Shown here piece after piece: positions 52,563 to 63,942 of a stretch of DNA of 64,000 nucleotides. The notes under the pieces are model-generated. The model was given only the letters and a program-made list of their open reading frames with translations, made no database searches and was not told the DNA's origin. Within the stretch, counting starts at the first letter, position 1. The number at the start of each line of letters is the position of its first letter. The DNA comes from Acidobacteriota bacterium (lineage in GTDB: Bacteria > Acidobacteriota > Vicinamibacteria > Fen-336): positions 4,130 to 68,129 of the forward strand of contig JAJDNS010000190.1 in the NCBI GenBank assembly GCA_022340585.1. Direction: 5' to 3'. A program made the translations under genes and the position numbers.

Positions 52563-52931
52563 GTGTTCGAGGTTGCCTACCAGACGACGTTCTGCGCCAC
52601 CCACGTCCTGCACGACGGAGGAGAGCCGATCGAGCCCCAGCACGGACACGACTGGCGTGTCGAGGTGGTGGCGGAGGGGGAGACCCTCGACCGCCTCGGG
52701 GTCGTCGTCGACTTCGAGCATCTGAAGAAGGCGGTGGGGGAGGTCTGCGGACGGTTCCACTACGGCGACATCACCTCGCACCCCGGCTTCGTCGACCAGA
52801 GTCCTTCGGCCGAAGCCGTCGCCCGGTACGTCTTCCAGGAGGTGAGGACGGCCATGGGGGAGGAGGGGCGGCACCTGAAGAGGGTCCGCGTCTGGGAGGC
52901 GCCGGGATGCAGCGCCACCTACTCCGAGTGA
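52563..52931 (+). CDS. queD: 6-carboxy-5,6,7,8-tetrahydropterin synthase QueD
   Basis: GTG 52563 starts VFEVAYQTTFCATHVL...HGHDWRVEVV (PTPS His/Cys motifs). Tail of ORF 50943..52931. Confidence 0.85.
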   Translation: MFEVAYQTTFCATHVLHDGGEPIEPQHGHDWRVEVVAEGETLDRLGVVVDFEHLKKAVGEVCGRFHYGDITSHPGFVDQSPSAEAVARYVFQEVRTAMGEEGRHLKRVRVWEAPGCSATYSE

Positions 52932-52932
52932 A

Positions 52933-53571
52933 GTGCTGACCGTCAACGAGATCTACTACTCGATCCAGGGGGAGGGGACGCGCGTGGGACGCCCGTCGGT
53001 CTTCGTGCGCCTCACCGGCTGCCCCCTGCGCTGCGTCTGGTGCGACACCGCCTACGCGTTCCACGAGGGCACTCGCCGCGACATCGACGAGATCGTAGCC
53101 GCGGCGGAATGCCACCCGTCGCGCCTCCTCTGCCTGACCGGGGGCGAGCCCCTCGCTCAGCCCGAGGCGTTCGCGCTCGTGCGCCGGCTCCTCGACGACG
53201 GCTGGGAGGTGGTCGTCGAGACCTCGGGCCACGTCTCGCTCGCCCAACTGGACCCCCGGGCGGTGGCGGTGATGGACATCAAGGCTCCGGGGTCGGGCGA
53301 AGCCGACCGGATGGACTGGGAGAACCTGGAGCGACTGAAGAGGAAGGACGAGGCGAAGCTCGTTCTCGCCGGGCGCGCGGACTACGAGTGGGCGCGTGAG
53401 ATCGTTCGGGGGAAGCGGCTCTCCGAGAGCTGCACGGTCCTCTTCGCGGCCGTCCACGGACAGCTCGAGCCCGGCGTGCTCGCGCGCTGGGTTCTCGAGG
53501 ACGGCCTGCCGGTGCGGGTGCAGGTGCAGCTGCACAGGATTCTCTGGCCCGAGGTGGAGAGGGGAGTGTGA
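52933..53571 (+). CDS. queE: 7-carboxy-7-deazaguanine synthase QueE (radical SAM)
   Basis: VNEIYYSIQGEGTRVGRPSVFVRLTGCPLRCVWCDT (CxxxCxxC-type cluster). Confidence 0.92.
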   Translation: MLTVNEIYYSIQGEGTRVGRPSVFVRLTGCPLRCVWCDTAYAFHEGTRRDIDEIVAAAECHPSRLLCLTGGEPLAQPEAFALVRRLLDDGWEVVVETSGHVSLAQLDPRAVAVMDIKAPGSGEADRMDWENLERLKRKDEAKLVLAGRADYEWAREIVRGKRLSESCTVLFAAVHGQLEPGVLARWVLEDGLPVRVQVQLHRILWPEVERGV

Positions 53572-54254
53572 GCAACGAGAGTCTGGTCGTCGTGTGCGTC
53601 AGCGGAGGGATGGACTCCGCTCTCACCGCGGCGCTGGCCGTCCGTGACCACCGAGTGGCCTTCCTCCACGGCAACTACGGGCAGCGCACGGAGTCGAAGG
53701 AGCTCGCCTGCTTCCACGCCCTCGCCGACCACTACGCCGCGGAGAGCCGCCTGGTCGTCGACTTCTCCGACCTTCGGCAGATCGGTGGCAGCAGCCTGAC
53801 CGACGCGAGGGTTCCCGTGCGGGAAGGGGAGCCGGTCGAGGGAGTCGTCCCCACCTCCTACGTGCCCTTCCGCAACGCTCACATCCTCGCCGCCGCCGTC
53901 TCCTGGGGCGAGGTGCTGGGGGCAGTCGCGGTCTACGTGGGCGCGGTCTGGGAGGACTCCTCGGGATACCCGGACTGCCGGCCGGAGTTCTACCGGGCCT
54001 TCGAGGAGGCGGCCCGTCTGGGGACGCGGCCGGAAACGTCGCTGAGGATCGTGACGCCGCTGATCGACCTGTCCAAGGCCGAGATCGTCCGCCGGGGGCT
54101 CCGTCTGGGTGTGCCCCTCGAGAAGACCTGGTCCTGCTACCAGGCCGAGGACCGGGCCTGCGGAGCCTGCGAGTCGTGCCGGTTGCGGCTCCGCGGCTTC
54201 CGTGAGGCGGGCAGCACGGACCCCCTGCCCTATCGCGCCCCGACCCCGGCGTGA
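53568..54254 (+). CDS. queC: 7-cyano-7-deazaguanine synthase QueC
   Basis: GTGA overlap with queE. VVVCVSGGMDSALTAALA (PP-loop). C-terminal zinc cysteines CYQ...CGACESC. Confidence 0.92.
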   Translation: MSNESLVVVCVSGGMDSALTAALAVRDHRVAFLHGNYGQRTESKELACFHALADHYAAESRLVVDFSDLRQIGGSSLTDARVPVREGEPVEGVVPTSYVPFRNAHILAAAVSWGEVLGAVAVYVGAVWEDSSGYPDCRPEFYRAFEEAARLGTRPETSLRIVTPLIDLSKAEIVRRGLRLGVPLEKTWSCYQAEDRACGACESCRLRLRGFREAGSTDPLPYRAPTPA

Positions 54255-54291
54255 GACACTAGGGTGTTCATACGTTCGAGGAGGAACAGCC

Positions 54292-55227
54292 ATGAATCGC
54301 GCACTCACTGGGTTCGCCCTGCTCGTTGGCCTCGCCCTCCTGGTGCCCCCAACCGGGGCTCAGACCACGGGAGCGGCCCGGGGGCGAGTCGTGGACGACC
54401 AGGGCCAGCCGGTCCCCGACGCCACCGTCACCATCGAGTTCACCGGAGATGTGTCCCGCAAGTTCGAGGTCAAGACGAACGAGAAGGGCGAGTACCAGCA
54501 GGTGGGCCTGGCCATCGGTGGGTACCACTTCACCGCCAGCAAGGAGGGCTATGTCGCCGCGGCCCTCGACATCAAGATCTCCATGGGCCTGGCTACCCAG
54601 ATCCCCGAGCTCCAGCTGATGAGCAAGACGGCGGCGGCGGCCCAGGCGAACCCGAACGAGGCCGTGGTCCGGGAGAAATTCAGCCAGGGAGTGGCGCTCG
54701 CCCGGGACGGCAAGCTGGACGAGGCGGAGGCGATCTTCAACGAGATTCTCGAGATCCAGCCGGGCATCGCCGAGGTCCACCGGAACCTCGGGTACATCTA
54801 CGCGCAGAGGAAGGACTGGGCGAACGCGGAGATGAGCTACCAGGCGGCCCTCGACCTGCGTCCTGGCGATCCCGAGTTCGTCGCCGCTCTCGCCCAGATG
54901 TACCAGGACTCCGGCCAGAAGGAGAAGGCCGTCGCGCTGATGAACGAGGCCGCCGCCGAGAACCCGGAGGACGCCGGTGCCCAGCTCAACCAGGGGATCT
55001 TCCTCCTGGGCTCGGGCCAGACTGACGAGGCCGCCGCGGCGTTCGAGGCCGCCCTGGCCGCTGACCCCTCCCTGGCCGAGGCGCACTACCACCTCGGCAC
55101 CATCCTCGTGGGTCAGGGCAAGGTCCCCGAGGCCGTGGAGCACCTCGAGGCGTACGTCGCGTCGAACCCGTCGAACGCCCAGAACGCGGCCACCGCCAAG
55201 GGACTCCTCGAGGCGTTGAAGCAGTGA
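54292..55227 (+). CDS. secreted carboxypeptidase-regulatory-like domain + TPR repeat protein
   Basis: GAGGAGG Shine-Dalgarno. Signal peptide. ARGRVVDDQGQPVPDATVTIEF...GYHFTASKEGY, followed by four or five TPR units. Confidence 0.8.
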   Translation: MNRALTGFALLVGLALLVPPTGAQTTGAARGRVVDDQGQPVPDATVTIEFTGDVSRKFEVKTNEKGEYQQVGLAIGGYHFTASKEGYVAAALDIKISMGLATQIPELQLMSKTAAAAQANPNEAVVREKFSQGVALARDGKLDEAEAIFNEILEIQPGIAEVHRNLGYIYAQRKDWANAEMSYQAALDLRPGDPEFVAALAQMYQDSGQKEKAVALMNEAAAENPEDAGAQLNQGIFLLGSGQTDEAAAAFEAALAADPSLAEAHYHLGTILVGQGKVPEAVEHLEAYVASNPSNAQNAATAKGLLEALKQ

Positions 55228-55919
55228 TTGCCGACCGCGTCGCCGCCGTCCGGGAGCGGATTGCCCGGGCCGCGGACCGCGCGTCGCGCCCGCCGGGTGA
55301 CATCACCCTCGTGGCGGTCAGCAAGACGTTCCCCGCCGAGTCCGTGCGCGCCGCGTTCGCCGCCGGAGTCCGGCACTTCGGGGAGAACAGGGTGCAGGAG
55401 GCGAGGGCCAAGATCGACGCCCTCGCCGACCTCCGGCCCCGCGGTCTGGAGTGGCACCTCATCGGCCATCTGCAGTCGAACAAGGGGCGCCGGGCGGCGT
55501 CCCTGTTCGACGTGGTCCAGTCCGTGGACTCGGCCGCGCTCGCCCAGCGGCTGGCGCGCGCGGCGACGGAGTCCGACCGCGTCCTGCGGGTGCTGGTGCA
55601 GGTCGATCTCGGCGGCGAGGCCACCAAGTCGGGCGTGCCCGAGGCCGAGCTGACCGAGGCGCTCCGGAGGATGCGGGGCCTCCACGGGCTCCGGGTCGCG
55701 GGGCTGATGGTGCTGCCCCCCTACCTCGGCCCGGAGCAGGTGCGCCCCTACTTCCGTCGGCTGCGGATCCTGCGCGACGAGGCCGTGAAGGAGGGTCTCC
55801 TGGACGGGGATGACCTGTCGATGGGAATGAGCCACGACTTCGAGACGGCGGTGGAGGAGGGGGCCACCCTCGTGCGCGTGGGGACCGCGATCTTTGGCGC
55901 GAGGACCGTCGCCGCCTGA
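55224..55919 (+). CDS. yggS: YggS-family pyridoxal-phosphate homeostasis protein
   Basis: GTGA overlap. LVAVSKTFPAESVRAAFAAGVRHFGENRVQEA...WHLIGHLQSNK...SMGMSHDFE. Confidence 0.93.
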   Translation: MIADRVAAVRERIARAADRASRPPGDITLVAVSKTFPAESVRAAFAAGVRHFGENRVQEARAKIDALADLRPRGLEWHLIGHLQSNKGRRAASLFDVVQSVDSAALAQRLARAATESDRVLRVLVQVDLGGEATKSGVPEAELTEALRRMRGLHGLRVAGLMVLPPYLGPEQVRPYFRRLRILRDEAVKEGLLDGDDLSMGMSHDFETAVEEGATLVRVGTAIFGARTVAA

Positions 55920-55946
55920 GAACGGCGGGAGGAGGATTCCGAACGG

Positions 55947-56282
55947 ATGTTCGTCCTGGCCAACCTGCTCACCGGCATCGCGATGGTGCTCCACTGGGTT
56001 CTGTGGATCTACCAATGGGTCCTGATCGCGCGTGCGATCACATCGTGGGTCAGTGCGGACCCGCGCAACCCCATCGTGGGCTTTCTGTATGCGGTGACCG
56101 AGCCGTTGCTCCGAGCCATTCGGCGGAGGCTGCCCTCGAGCCTGAGGTACTTCCCGCTCGACATCGCCTTCCTCGTGCTTTTCGCCCTCGTCATCTTCGC
56201 CCAGTACGGGATCGTGCAGTCACTCCTGGACGTCGCGGCGTCGATGCGTCAGCCTGCGATGCCCCGGGGAGATATCTTCTAG
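55947..56282 (+). CDS. yggT: YggT-family membrane protein
   Basis: WVLIARAITSWVSADPRNPIVGFLYAVTEPLLRAIRR. Two or three TM helices. Confidence 0.85.
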   Translation: MFVLANLLTGIAMVLHWVLWIYQWVLIARAITSWVSADPRNPIVGFLYAVTEPLLRAIRRRLPSSLRYFPLDIAFLVLFALVIFAQYGIVQSLLDVAASMRQPAMPRGDIF

Positions 56283-56291
56283 GGAGGAACC

Positions 56292-56795
56292 ATGAAGATC
56301 ACGCCGATCGACGTCCAGCGGCAGGCCTTCTCCCGCCGGTTCCGGGGCCTGGACGCCGACGAGGTGCGGGGCTACCTCACCCTCGTGGCGGAGGAGCTGG
56401 CCGCGGTCGAACGCGAGCGTAGCGAGCTCGAGCAGCAGGTGAAGCACATGGAGGGCCTCCTCGAGGAGCACCGCCAGCGGGAGGGCATCCTCAAGAGCAC
56501 GTTGCTCACCGCCCAGAAGGCCTCCGACGACATCCGCGAGGGCGCGCGCCGGCAGGCCGAGGCGCAGGTGAAGGAGGCCGAGCTGCAGGCCGACAAGCTC
56601 CTCGATCTGGCCCAGGCCCGTGCCCACGAGATGGAGAGCAACATCCTCGAGCTGCGTTCCACGCGCACTGCACTGCGCACCGACATCCGCGGACTCATAA
56701 CGCGCCTGACCAACCTCCTCGACCTCCAGGAGGAAGCCGAGCTCGAGGACAACCTGCGCTTCCTCAAGAGGCGCGAGGAGTCGGGGCAGGCGTAG
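56292..56795 (+). CDS. DivIVA-domain protein
   Basis: [29 protein letters not shown], followed by a long coiled coil. Confidence 0.88.
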   Translation: MKITPIDVQRQAFSRRFRGLDADEVRGYLTLVAEELAAVERERSELEQQVKHMEGLLEEHRQREGILKSTLLTAQKASDDIREGARRQAEAQVKEAELQADKLLDLAQARAHEMESNILELRSTRTALRTDIRGLITRLTNLLDLQEEAELEDNLRFLKRREESGQA

Positions 56796-56813
56796 CCCGA
56801 CCTGGCCGACGGG

Positions 56814-57152
56814 ATGGGCAAGCCCCGCAGCCGGCCGGAGCAGAGCCTCGGGGCCCTCGACGTTCGGGACGGTGCCGGGGGATCGACCTTCAGGGTGCGG
56901 GTCCAGCCGAGGGCTTCACGCAATGCGCTCGGCGGGGAGAGGGAGGGGGCGCTCGTCGTCCGTCTCACCGCCCCCCCGGTCGAGGGCGCGGCCAACCGGG
57001 CCCTCGCCCGTCTTCTCGGCCGGACCCTGGGAGTGGCTCCCTCCGCGGTCACCATCGTGAGCGGCGGCGGTGGCCGGTCCAAGCGTGTGGCGGTGGCCGG
57101 CATCGATGCCGAGACCGTGCGCTCGCGACTCATGGCCGGGGTGGAGGACTGA
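56814..57152 (+). CDS. yggU: DUF167 (YggU) family protein
   Basis: [14 protein letters not shown]...[22 protein letters not shown]...[16 protein letters not shown]. Confidence 0.85.
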   Translation: MGKPRSRPEQSLGALDVRDGAGGSTFRVRVQPRASRNALGGEREGALVVRLTAPPVEGAANRALARLLGRTLGVAPSAVTIVSGGGGRSKRVAVAGIDAETVRSRLMAGVED

Positions 57153-57172
57153 ATGAACGCAGGGAGCCGCCC

Positions 57173-58465
57173 GTGATCCACGCCGAGTCCGCCGTTCGAC
57201 GCATCGGGCTCCTGGCCACGCTGGCCGGGAGTGGTCCCCGCACCGGTTCCGCCATGCGCGACCTCGGGACCCTGACCGATGCCGCGGTGGCCGTGGCGGG
57301 GGGCCGGATCGCCTGGGTCGGCGCCGATGCCGACTTCGACCGGGAGGTCGCGCTGGCTTCGGGCGCCGCTGCGCTCGACGCGGAGGGGGCGGCGGTCGTG
57401 CCTGGTCTCGTCGACCCCCACACGCACCTGGTCTTTGCCGGCAACCGCGACGACGAGCTGCGCCGCCGTCTGGCCGGGGCCTCCTACCGGGAGATCGCCG
57501 CCGCGGGCGGAGGGATCGTCCGCAGCGTCGACGCCACGCGCCGTGCTTCGGTCGCGGAGCTGGCGGCCGGGGTGGAGGCGCGGCTCGACGAGATGCTCCT
57601 CTGCGGCACGACCACCGCCGAGGTGAAGAGTGGATACGGCCTCGAAACCGGGGCCGAGCTGCGGAGCCTCGAGGCCATCCAGCGCGCCGCCTCCCGCCAC
57701 CCGGTGGCCGTCGTCTCGACGTTCCTCGGCGCCCACGAGGTCCCCCTCGACTATCGGGACCGGCGGGAGCACTACGTCTCCCTCGTGGTCGAGGAGATGA
57801 TCCCGGCGGTGGCCGAGCAGGGGCTTGCCGAGTTCGGCGACGTCTTCTGCGAGGCGGGGGTCTTCACCGTGGAGGAGAGCCGGAGGATTCTTCGCGCCAC
57901 CCGGGATCACGGGATGAAGCTCCGGATCCACGCCGACGAGCTGGCCTGGACCGGCGGAGCGGAGCTGGCGGCGGAGCTGGGGGCGCGCTCCGCCGACCAT
58001 CTGGGCTTCGTCTCCGAGGCGGGCATGAAGGCCCTCGCCGCCACCTCCTGCGTCGCCACGCTGCTTCCCTCGGCCGCGTTCTTCCTGCGTCTCGGGCACT
58101 ATGCCCCGGCGCGCTCGATCATCGAGGCCGGCGCTCCCGTGGCCCTCGCCTCCGACATCAACCCCGGGGGTGGACTGTCACCGTCGCTCCCGTTCGCCAT
58201 GTCGGTGGGGTGTTTCTCGATGGGACTCTCCCTCGAGGAGGCGCTGGTGGCGGTGACCGCGAACGCGGCCTTCTCCCTCGAGCGCCACCACGAGGTCGGC
58301 TCGATCGAGGTGGGCAAGCGGGCGGACCTGGTGTTGCTCCGGTCGCCTCGACTCCTCGACATGGTGCGGGTGGGGGTGCGGGCGGTCGACACGGTGGTCA
58401 AGGACGGCCACATCGTCGTCCGCGACGGCCGCCGCGTGGACGCGCCTCGCGGGGCCGGCTCCTGA
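57173..58465 (+). CDS. hutI: imidazolonepropionase (amidohydrolase superfamily)
   Basis: [21 protein letters not shown]...[10 protein letters not shown]...EVKSGYGL...RIHADEL...DHL...ASDINPG. Confidence 0.85.
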   Translation: MIHAESAVRRIGLLATLAGSGPRTGSAMRDLGTLTDAAVAVAGGRIAWVGADADFDREVALASGAAALDAEGAAVVPGLVDPHTHLVFAGNRDDELRRRLAGASYREIAAAGGGIVRSVDATRRASVAELAAGVEARLDEMLLCGTTTAEVKSGYGLETGAELRSLEAIQRAASRHPVAVVSTFLGAHEVPLDYRDRREHYVSLVVEEMIPAVAEQGLAEFGDVFCEAGVFTVEESRRILRATRDHGMKLRIHADELAWTGGAELAAELGARSADHLGFVSEAGMKALAATSCVATLLPSAAFFLRLGHYAPARSIIEAGAPVALASDINPGGGLSPSLPFAMSVGCFSMGLSLEEALVAVTANAAFSLERHHEVGSIEVGKRADLVLLRSPRLLDMVRVGVRAVDTVVKDGHIVVRDGRRVDAPRGAGS

Positions 58466-58478
58466 GGCCCGCCGGGCG

Positions 58479-59642
58479 GTGACGACCGTTCCTGCCTTCC
58501 GCGGGAAGCCCCGCACCCGCGTCCTCTCCATTCACGCGGACTACGTGTGCGGGAACAGCGGCGTGTGCTGCTCCTCGGGCTGGGACATACCGGTGGAACC
58601 CGAGATCGAGAATCGGCTCCGCGCGGCCCTCGAGCAGGGAGAGCTGCAGCGGCCGGCTCGGGCCGCGGGACGGGACCCGTTCCGCAGGGTCTCGGGCCTG
58701 CCCCATGGGGCCCGGGTCGTGCTCCGAGCCGACGACGCCGGTCGCTGCGTCTTCCTCGACCCGCAGCGTGGTCGCTTCTGCGCCGTCCACCGGGAGCTCG
58801 GTGCCCATGCCCTGGCCTCGGCCTGCCGGGACTTCCCCCGGATCGTCACGCTGACTCCCACCGGATACTCGATCAAGCTCTCGCACTACTGCCCGACCGC
58901 GGCCGCGCACCTCTTCCGGGACGACCCGGCGGTCACCGTCGAGGTCGATCCGCCCGCTTTCCCCCCCCACTGGCCCTACGAAGGGCTCGACGCGCGGGAC
59001 TCGGTGGGTCCCCTTCTGCGCCCCGGGGTGATGATGGGCTGGGAAGCTCACGCGCGGTGGGAGGGGCACGCGGTGCAGACCCTGGCGCGCCCCGACCTCG
59101 AGCCGGCCCGGGCGATCGCGCTCCTCGCGAGGCAGGCCGAGACGGCGCGGGAGTGGACTCCCGAGCGAGGCCGCTTCGATCACCACCTCGAGCGCTGCCT
59201 CGGGGTGACCCCGACCCCGGAGGAGGGGATGCCGCCCTCGAGCGAGGAGTGCGACCGGGCGTGGCGGGTGGTGGCGCAGTGCGTGCCCCGGGGTCACCCG
59301 CTCCCATCGCCTCCCGCGAGCGGGGCCGGGTCCGAGGCCCTCGGAGTGTGCGCCGGAGCGGTCCACCGCTGGCTGGCGACGCGGGCCTTCGGCAGCTGGC
59401 TGGCCCTCCAGGGAGAGGGACTCCGCACGACGGTCATGGGCCTGCGCCTCGCCCTCGCCGTCCTCACCGCCGAGCTTGGCCGCGGGAACGCCGGGGCCGA
59501 GCGGGTCGCGGAGCAAACGGTCCTGCTCGAGGCGATCCGGCGGGCCGACCTCTTGCTCGTGCACCTCGCGGATCCGGTGGCCCTGGCTCGCCGCCTCAGC
59601 GGGGCGGAGCGGGGTGCGGGGCTGCCCACGCCGCCGTGGTAG
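58479..59642 (+). CDS. Cys-rich CxxCxxCC (YkgJ/FliB-like, putative Fe-S or Zn) domain protein
   Basis: YVCGNSGVCCSSGWDIPV...GRCVFLDPQRGRFCAVH...ACRDFPRIV...SHYCP follows the order of the flagellin-lysine-methylase-like (FliB) family as I remember it. The functional call is tentative. Confidence 0.55.
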   Translation: MTTVPAFRGKPRTRVLSIHADYVCGNSGVCCSSGWDIPVEPEIENRLRAALEQGELQRPARAAGRDPFRRVSGLPHGARVVLRADDAGRCVFLDPQRGRFCAVHRELGAHALASACRDFPRIVTLTPTGYSIKLSHYCPTAAAHLFRDDPAVTVEVDPPAFPPHWPYEGLDARDSVGPLLRPGVMMGWEAHARWEGHAVQTLARPDLEPARAIALLARQAETAREWTPERGRFDHHLERCLGVTPTPEEGMPPSSEECDRAWRVVAQCVPRGHPLPSPPASGAGSEALGVCAGAVHRWLATRAFGSWLALQGEGLRTTVMGLRLALAVLTAELGRGNAGAERVAEQTVLLEAIRRADLLLVHLADPVALARRLSGAERGAGLPTPPW

Positions 59643-59673
59643 GATCCCCACCTCCGTCTTCATCTCAAGCTTC

Positions 59674-60644
<971 letters not shown>

Positions 60645-60648
<4 letters not shown>

Positions 60649-61409
60649 CCGCGTTCCTGGCGCTCCTGCGACGCGACCTGCTGGTGGCTCGACGCAACGC
60701 CGGCCCCCTGCTCGTGGCAACCCTGACCCAGCCGATCCTGGTGATCCTCGTCTTCGGGAACCTCCTGCCCCGGATGAACCTCGTGGCCTCCGACTTCGGC
60801 ACGGTGATGCTCCCGGGCCTCATGGCCATCACCATGATGATGGCCGGGGTCCAGGGCGTCCTCATGCCTCTGGTGCAGGACCTGTCGGGCAGCCGCGAGG
60901 TCGACGAGCGGCTGCTCGCCCCCATCGGGGTGCACGGGGTGGCCCTCGAGCGGATCGTGGCCGGGGCGCTGCACGCGGGGGTGGCCGGGCTCGTGGCCCT
61001 GCCGGCAATGATGGTCCTCATGCACGAAGTCGGGATGGACGTGAAGCCGGACTGGGCGGTGCTGCTTCCCCTGGCCGCGGTGTGCGGTCTCCTCTCCGCC
61101 GCCTTCGGCCTGACCCTGGGAACGAACGTGCAGCCCCGCTTCAGCGGGCTGCTCTTCGCGGTGGTGCTCGGGCCGATGATGCTCTTCGGGTGCGCCTACT
61201 ATCCCTGGTCCGCTCTCGCCACCCTGGGCCGGGCACGCTATCTCTTCCTGCTCAACCCCCTCACGTTCATGAGCGAGGCCATGCGCCTGGCGGTGACCCC
61301 GGGCGCAACCCACATGGCGCTGCCGCTGCTCTTCGGCGGCCTCGCGGTCTTCCTCGCGCTCTTTGCCTTCGTCGGCGCCCGCTCGTTCGAGCGACGCACG
61401 ATTCTGTAG
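60645..61409 (+). CDS. ABC-2 type transporter permease
   Basis: TTG 60645 overlaps the ATPase stop as TTGA. LTAFLALLRRDLLVARRN is followed by six hydrophobic helices. Confidence 0.8.
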
Positions 61410-61418
61410 AGCAGCTGT

Positions 61419-61424
61419 CATAAT
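61419..61424 (+). promoter_or_regulatory. -10-like CATAAT, 11 nt upstream of ATG 61436
   Basis: gctgtCATAATccgtttgggccATG. Confidence 0.3.
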
Positions 61425-61435
61425 CCGTTTGGGCC

Positions 61436-62731
61436 ATGCTTCGAAACCTGGGTCGTGCACTGCTCCTCGTCGTGGCCGCGACCGGCGTGGGTGCCGGGTG
61501 CGGTGGCAGCGACTCCACCGCCCCGACGAGCCCGGACGGCTCGCCCTCTCCTCCTCCGCCCGCAGGGCCGCCCAACATCGTCCTCATCTTCGCGGATGAC
61601 CTCGGCTGGGGGGATCTGTCGAGCTTCGGGCACCACCGCATCCGCACGCCCAACATCGATGCCCTGGGTGCCGAAGGCACCCGCCTCCTGGATTTCTCCA
61701 CGCCCGCCTCCGTTTGTGCCCCTTCGCGGGCGGCGCTGCTCACCGGGCGGTACCCCATTCGTGTCGGGGTCCCCTGGAATCCTCCGGAGCGGCTGAACGA
61801 CGGCGAGCTCACCATCGCGGACCTGCTCCGCCGGAGGGGCTACGCGACGGCCATGGTGGGCAAGTGGCACCTGGGGTGGGAGCCCCGGGACATGCCGATC
61901 CACCACGGCTTCGACACGTTCTACGGCAAGGTCCGCATGCAGGGCGACGTCATCGAGGGTGACCAGCCGACGACGGGGGTGGCCCTGGAGCACCTCACTC
62001 GGCAGTACACGCGGAAGGCGGTGGAGGTCATCGAGGCGAACCGCGACGGGCGGTTCTTCCTCTACCTCGCCTATCACGCTCCCCACTCACCCTATCTTCC
62101 CTCCGAGGCGTTTCGGGGGACCTCGCCGGCCGGGGCGTACGGCGACGTGGTGGAGGAGCTCGACTGGGGGGTGGGTGAGGTGATGCAGGCCCTCCGAGAC
62201 GCCGGGATCGAGGACAGCACACTCGTCTTCTTCGCGAGCGACAACGGCCCGGACATCCCCCCGGGCTCGGCGGGCCCCTACCGGGGCGGCAAGGGCTGGC
62301 CTACCGAGGGGGGCGTCCGCGTGCCGGCGGTGGCCCGGTGGCCGGCCCGGATCCCGGCCGGGAGCACGGTGGAGGAGATCACGAGCACCCTCGACGTCCT
62401 TCCCACGATGGTGGCCGTCGCCGGGGGGACGCTGCCTGCCACCCGCTCCTACGACGGGCACGACATCTCTCGCCTGCTCGCGGGCGAGGTGAGCCAGATC
62501 CCTGGGGCAGGAATCGATGGTCGCCGCGAGCTGCTCTATTTTCGGGGCCGGAACGCCGTCGGTATCCGCTCCGGCCGTTGGAAGTACCTCAAGGCCGGGT
62601 TCTGGCGGGTGACGGACGCCCTCCACGATCTCGAGGAGGATCCGGGTGAGAGACGCGACGTGCAGGACGCGGAGCCGGAGATCACCGAGCGGCTCATCAA
62701 CCGGATCGACGAGATCATCCGGGCCTGGTGA
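61436..62731 (+). CDS. Cys-type (formylglycine-dependent) arylsulfatase lipoprotein
   Basis: Lipobox GVGAGC. NIVLIFADDLGWGD. Canonical SVCAPSRAALLTGRY (C-x-P-S-R). FASDNGP, LHDLEEDPGERRD. Confidence 0.9.
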   Translation: MLRNLGRALLLVVAATGVGAGCGGSDSTAPTSPDGSPSPPPPAGPPNIVLIFADDLGWGDLSSFGHHRIRTPNIDALGAEGTRLLDFSTPASVCAPSRAALLTGRYPIRVGVPWNPPERLNDGELTIADLLRRRGYATAMVGKWHLGWEPRDMPIHHGFDTFYGKVRMQGDVIEGDQPTTGVALEHLTRQYTRKAVEVIEANRDGRFFLYLAYHAPHSPYLPSEAFRGTSPAGAYGDVVEELDWGVGEVMQALRDAGIEDSTLVFFASDNGPDIPPGSAGPYRGGKGWPTEGGVRVPAVARWPARIPAGSTVEEITSTLDVLPTMVAVAGGTLPATRSYDGHDISRLLAGEVSQIPGAGIDGRRELLYFRGRNAVGIRSGRWKYLKAGFWRVTDALHDLEEDPGERRDVQDAEPEITERLINRIDEIIRAW

Positions 62732-62803
62732 TGGGCGCGCGGCGCCCGGGCAACTTCCGGGGCCTGGTCTCGGCCGGGATCGGGTCAGGAATGGGGAGGA
62801 GAG

Positions 62804-63937
62804 ATGGCCAAGGCAGCTCGCACGTCTTCGCGGCGGAAGCCCATCCGTCGCATCGCGATCAACACCGGCGGTGGTGACGCTCCCGGCCTGAACGCCGTCA
62901 TTCGCGCCGTCGTCCTCTCCGCCCTCAACGAGGGATGGGAGGTCGTCGGCATACGCGACGGCTACAACGGGATCTTCAGGCCCGAGGACTACCCCGACGG
63001 AGGGCTGGTGCCCCTCAACCGGAGCCGCGTGCGCGGGATCACCCACCTCGGGGGCACCATCATCGGCACCACCAACCGTGGCAATCCTCTCAAGTACCCC
63101 ACGAAGATGCCGGACGGCTCGATGAAGGAGGTCGACCGCACCGACGACCTCGTGCGAGGACTCCAGGACCAGCAGATCGACGCCGTCGTCGCCATCGGGG
63201 GGGATGGCTCGCTGACCATCGCCAATGCCCTGGCAATGAAAGGTGTGCGGATCGTGGGGGTGCCCAAGACCATCGACAACGACCTGTCGAAGACGGTGGT
63301 CACCTTCGGCTTCGACACCGCGGTCTCCTTCGCCACCGAGTGTCTCGACCGGCTGCACTCCACCGCCGAGGCCCACCGGCGGGTCATGGTGGTCGAGGTG
63401 ATGGGTCGCTACGCGGGATGGATTGCCCTCAACTCCGGCGTCGCCGGCACCGCGGATGCCATCCTGATCCCGGAGATTCCCTTCGACCTCCGCAAGGTGG
63501 CGACCAAGGTCCTTCGCCGGGCCGGGGCCGGCCGCAACTTCGCGATCGTGGTCGTGGCGGAGGGGGCAAAGCCGAAGGGGGGCAGGCGCTCGGTGCTCGA
63601 GAAGCAGCTCGGCGCCGCCGAGCGCCTGGGCGGAATGGGGGAGAAAGTGGCCCTTGCCCTCGGTCAGATGACCGGGAAGGAGACGCGCCACGTCGTCCTC
63701 GGCCACCTCCTGCGCGGGGGCACCCCCACCGCGTTCGACCGCCTGCTGTCGCTGCGCTTCGGGGCGGCGGCGGTGCGGGCCCTCGCTTCGGGGCGGCGCG
63801 GGGTGATGGTGGCCCTGGACCCCCCCACCGTGCGCTACGTCCCGCTCGCACAGGCCACGAAGCGGATGAAGGTCGTGCCCCTCGACTGCGACACCGTCGA
63901 GACGGCCCGTGAGCTCGGGGTCTGCCTGGGGGATTGA
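62804..63937 (+). CDS. pfkA: ATP-dependent 6-phosphofructokinase
   Basis: IAINTGGGDAPGLNAVIRAV, AIGGDGSL, VGVPKTIDNDL, VVEVMGRYAGW. Confidence 0.92.
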   Translation: MAKAARTSSRRKPIRRIAINTGGGDAPGLNAVIRAVVLSALNEGWEVVGIRDGYNGIFRPEDYPDGGLVPLNRSRVRGITHLGGTIIGTTNRGNPLKYPTKMPDGSMKEVDRTDDLVRGLQDQQIDAVVAIGGDGSLTIANALAMKGVRIVGVPKTIDNDLSKTVVTFGFDTAVSFATECLDRLHSTAEAHRRVMVVEVMGRYAGWIALNSGVAGTADAILIPEIPFDLRKVATKVLRRAGAGRNFAIVVVAEGAKPKGGRRSVLEKQLGAAERLGGMGEKVALALGQMTGKETRHVVLGHLLRGGTPTAFDRLLSLRFGAAAVRALASGRRGVMVALDPPTVRYVPLAQATKRMKVVPLDCDTVETARELGVCLGD

Positions 63938-63942
63938 CCGGC

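Noticed and set aside
43983-54254. Dpd-like 7-deazaguanine DNA-modification/defence system (DinG-type helicase plus queC/D/E)
   Set aside because: The helicase and queDEC are about 7 kb apart and separated by unrelated genes on both strands. There is no tgt/dpdA-like transglycosylase or other dpd genes. queDEC looks like ordinary queuosine precursor synthesis.
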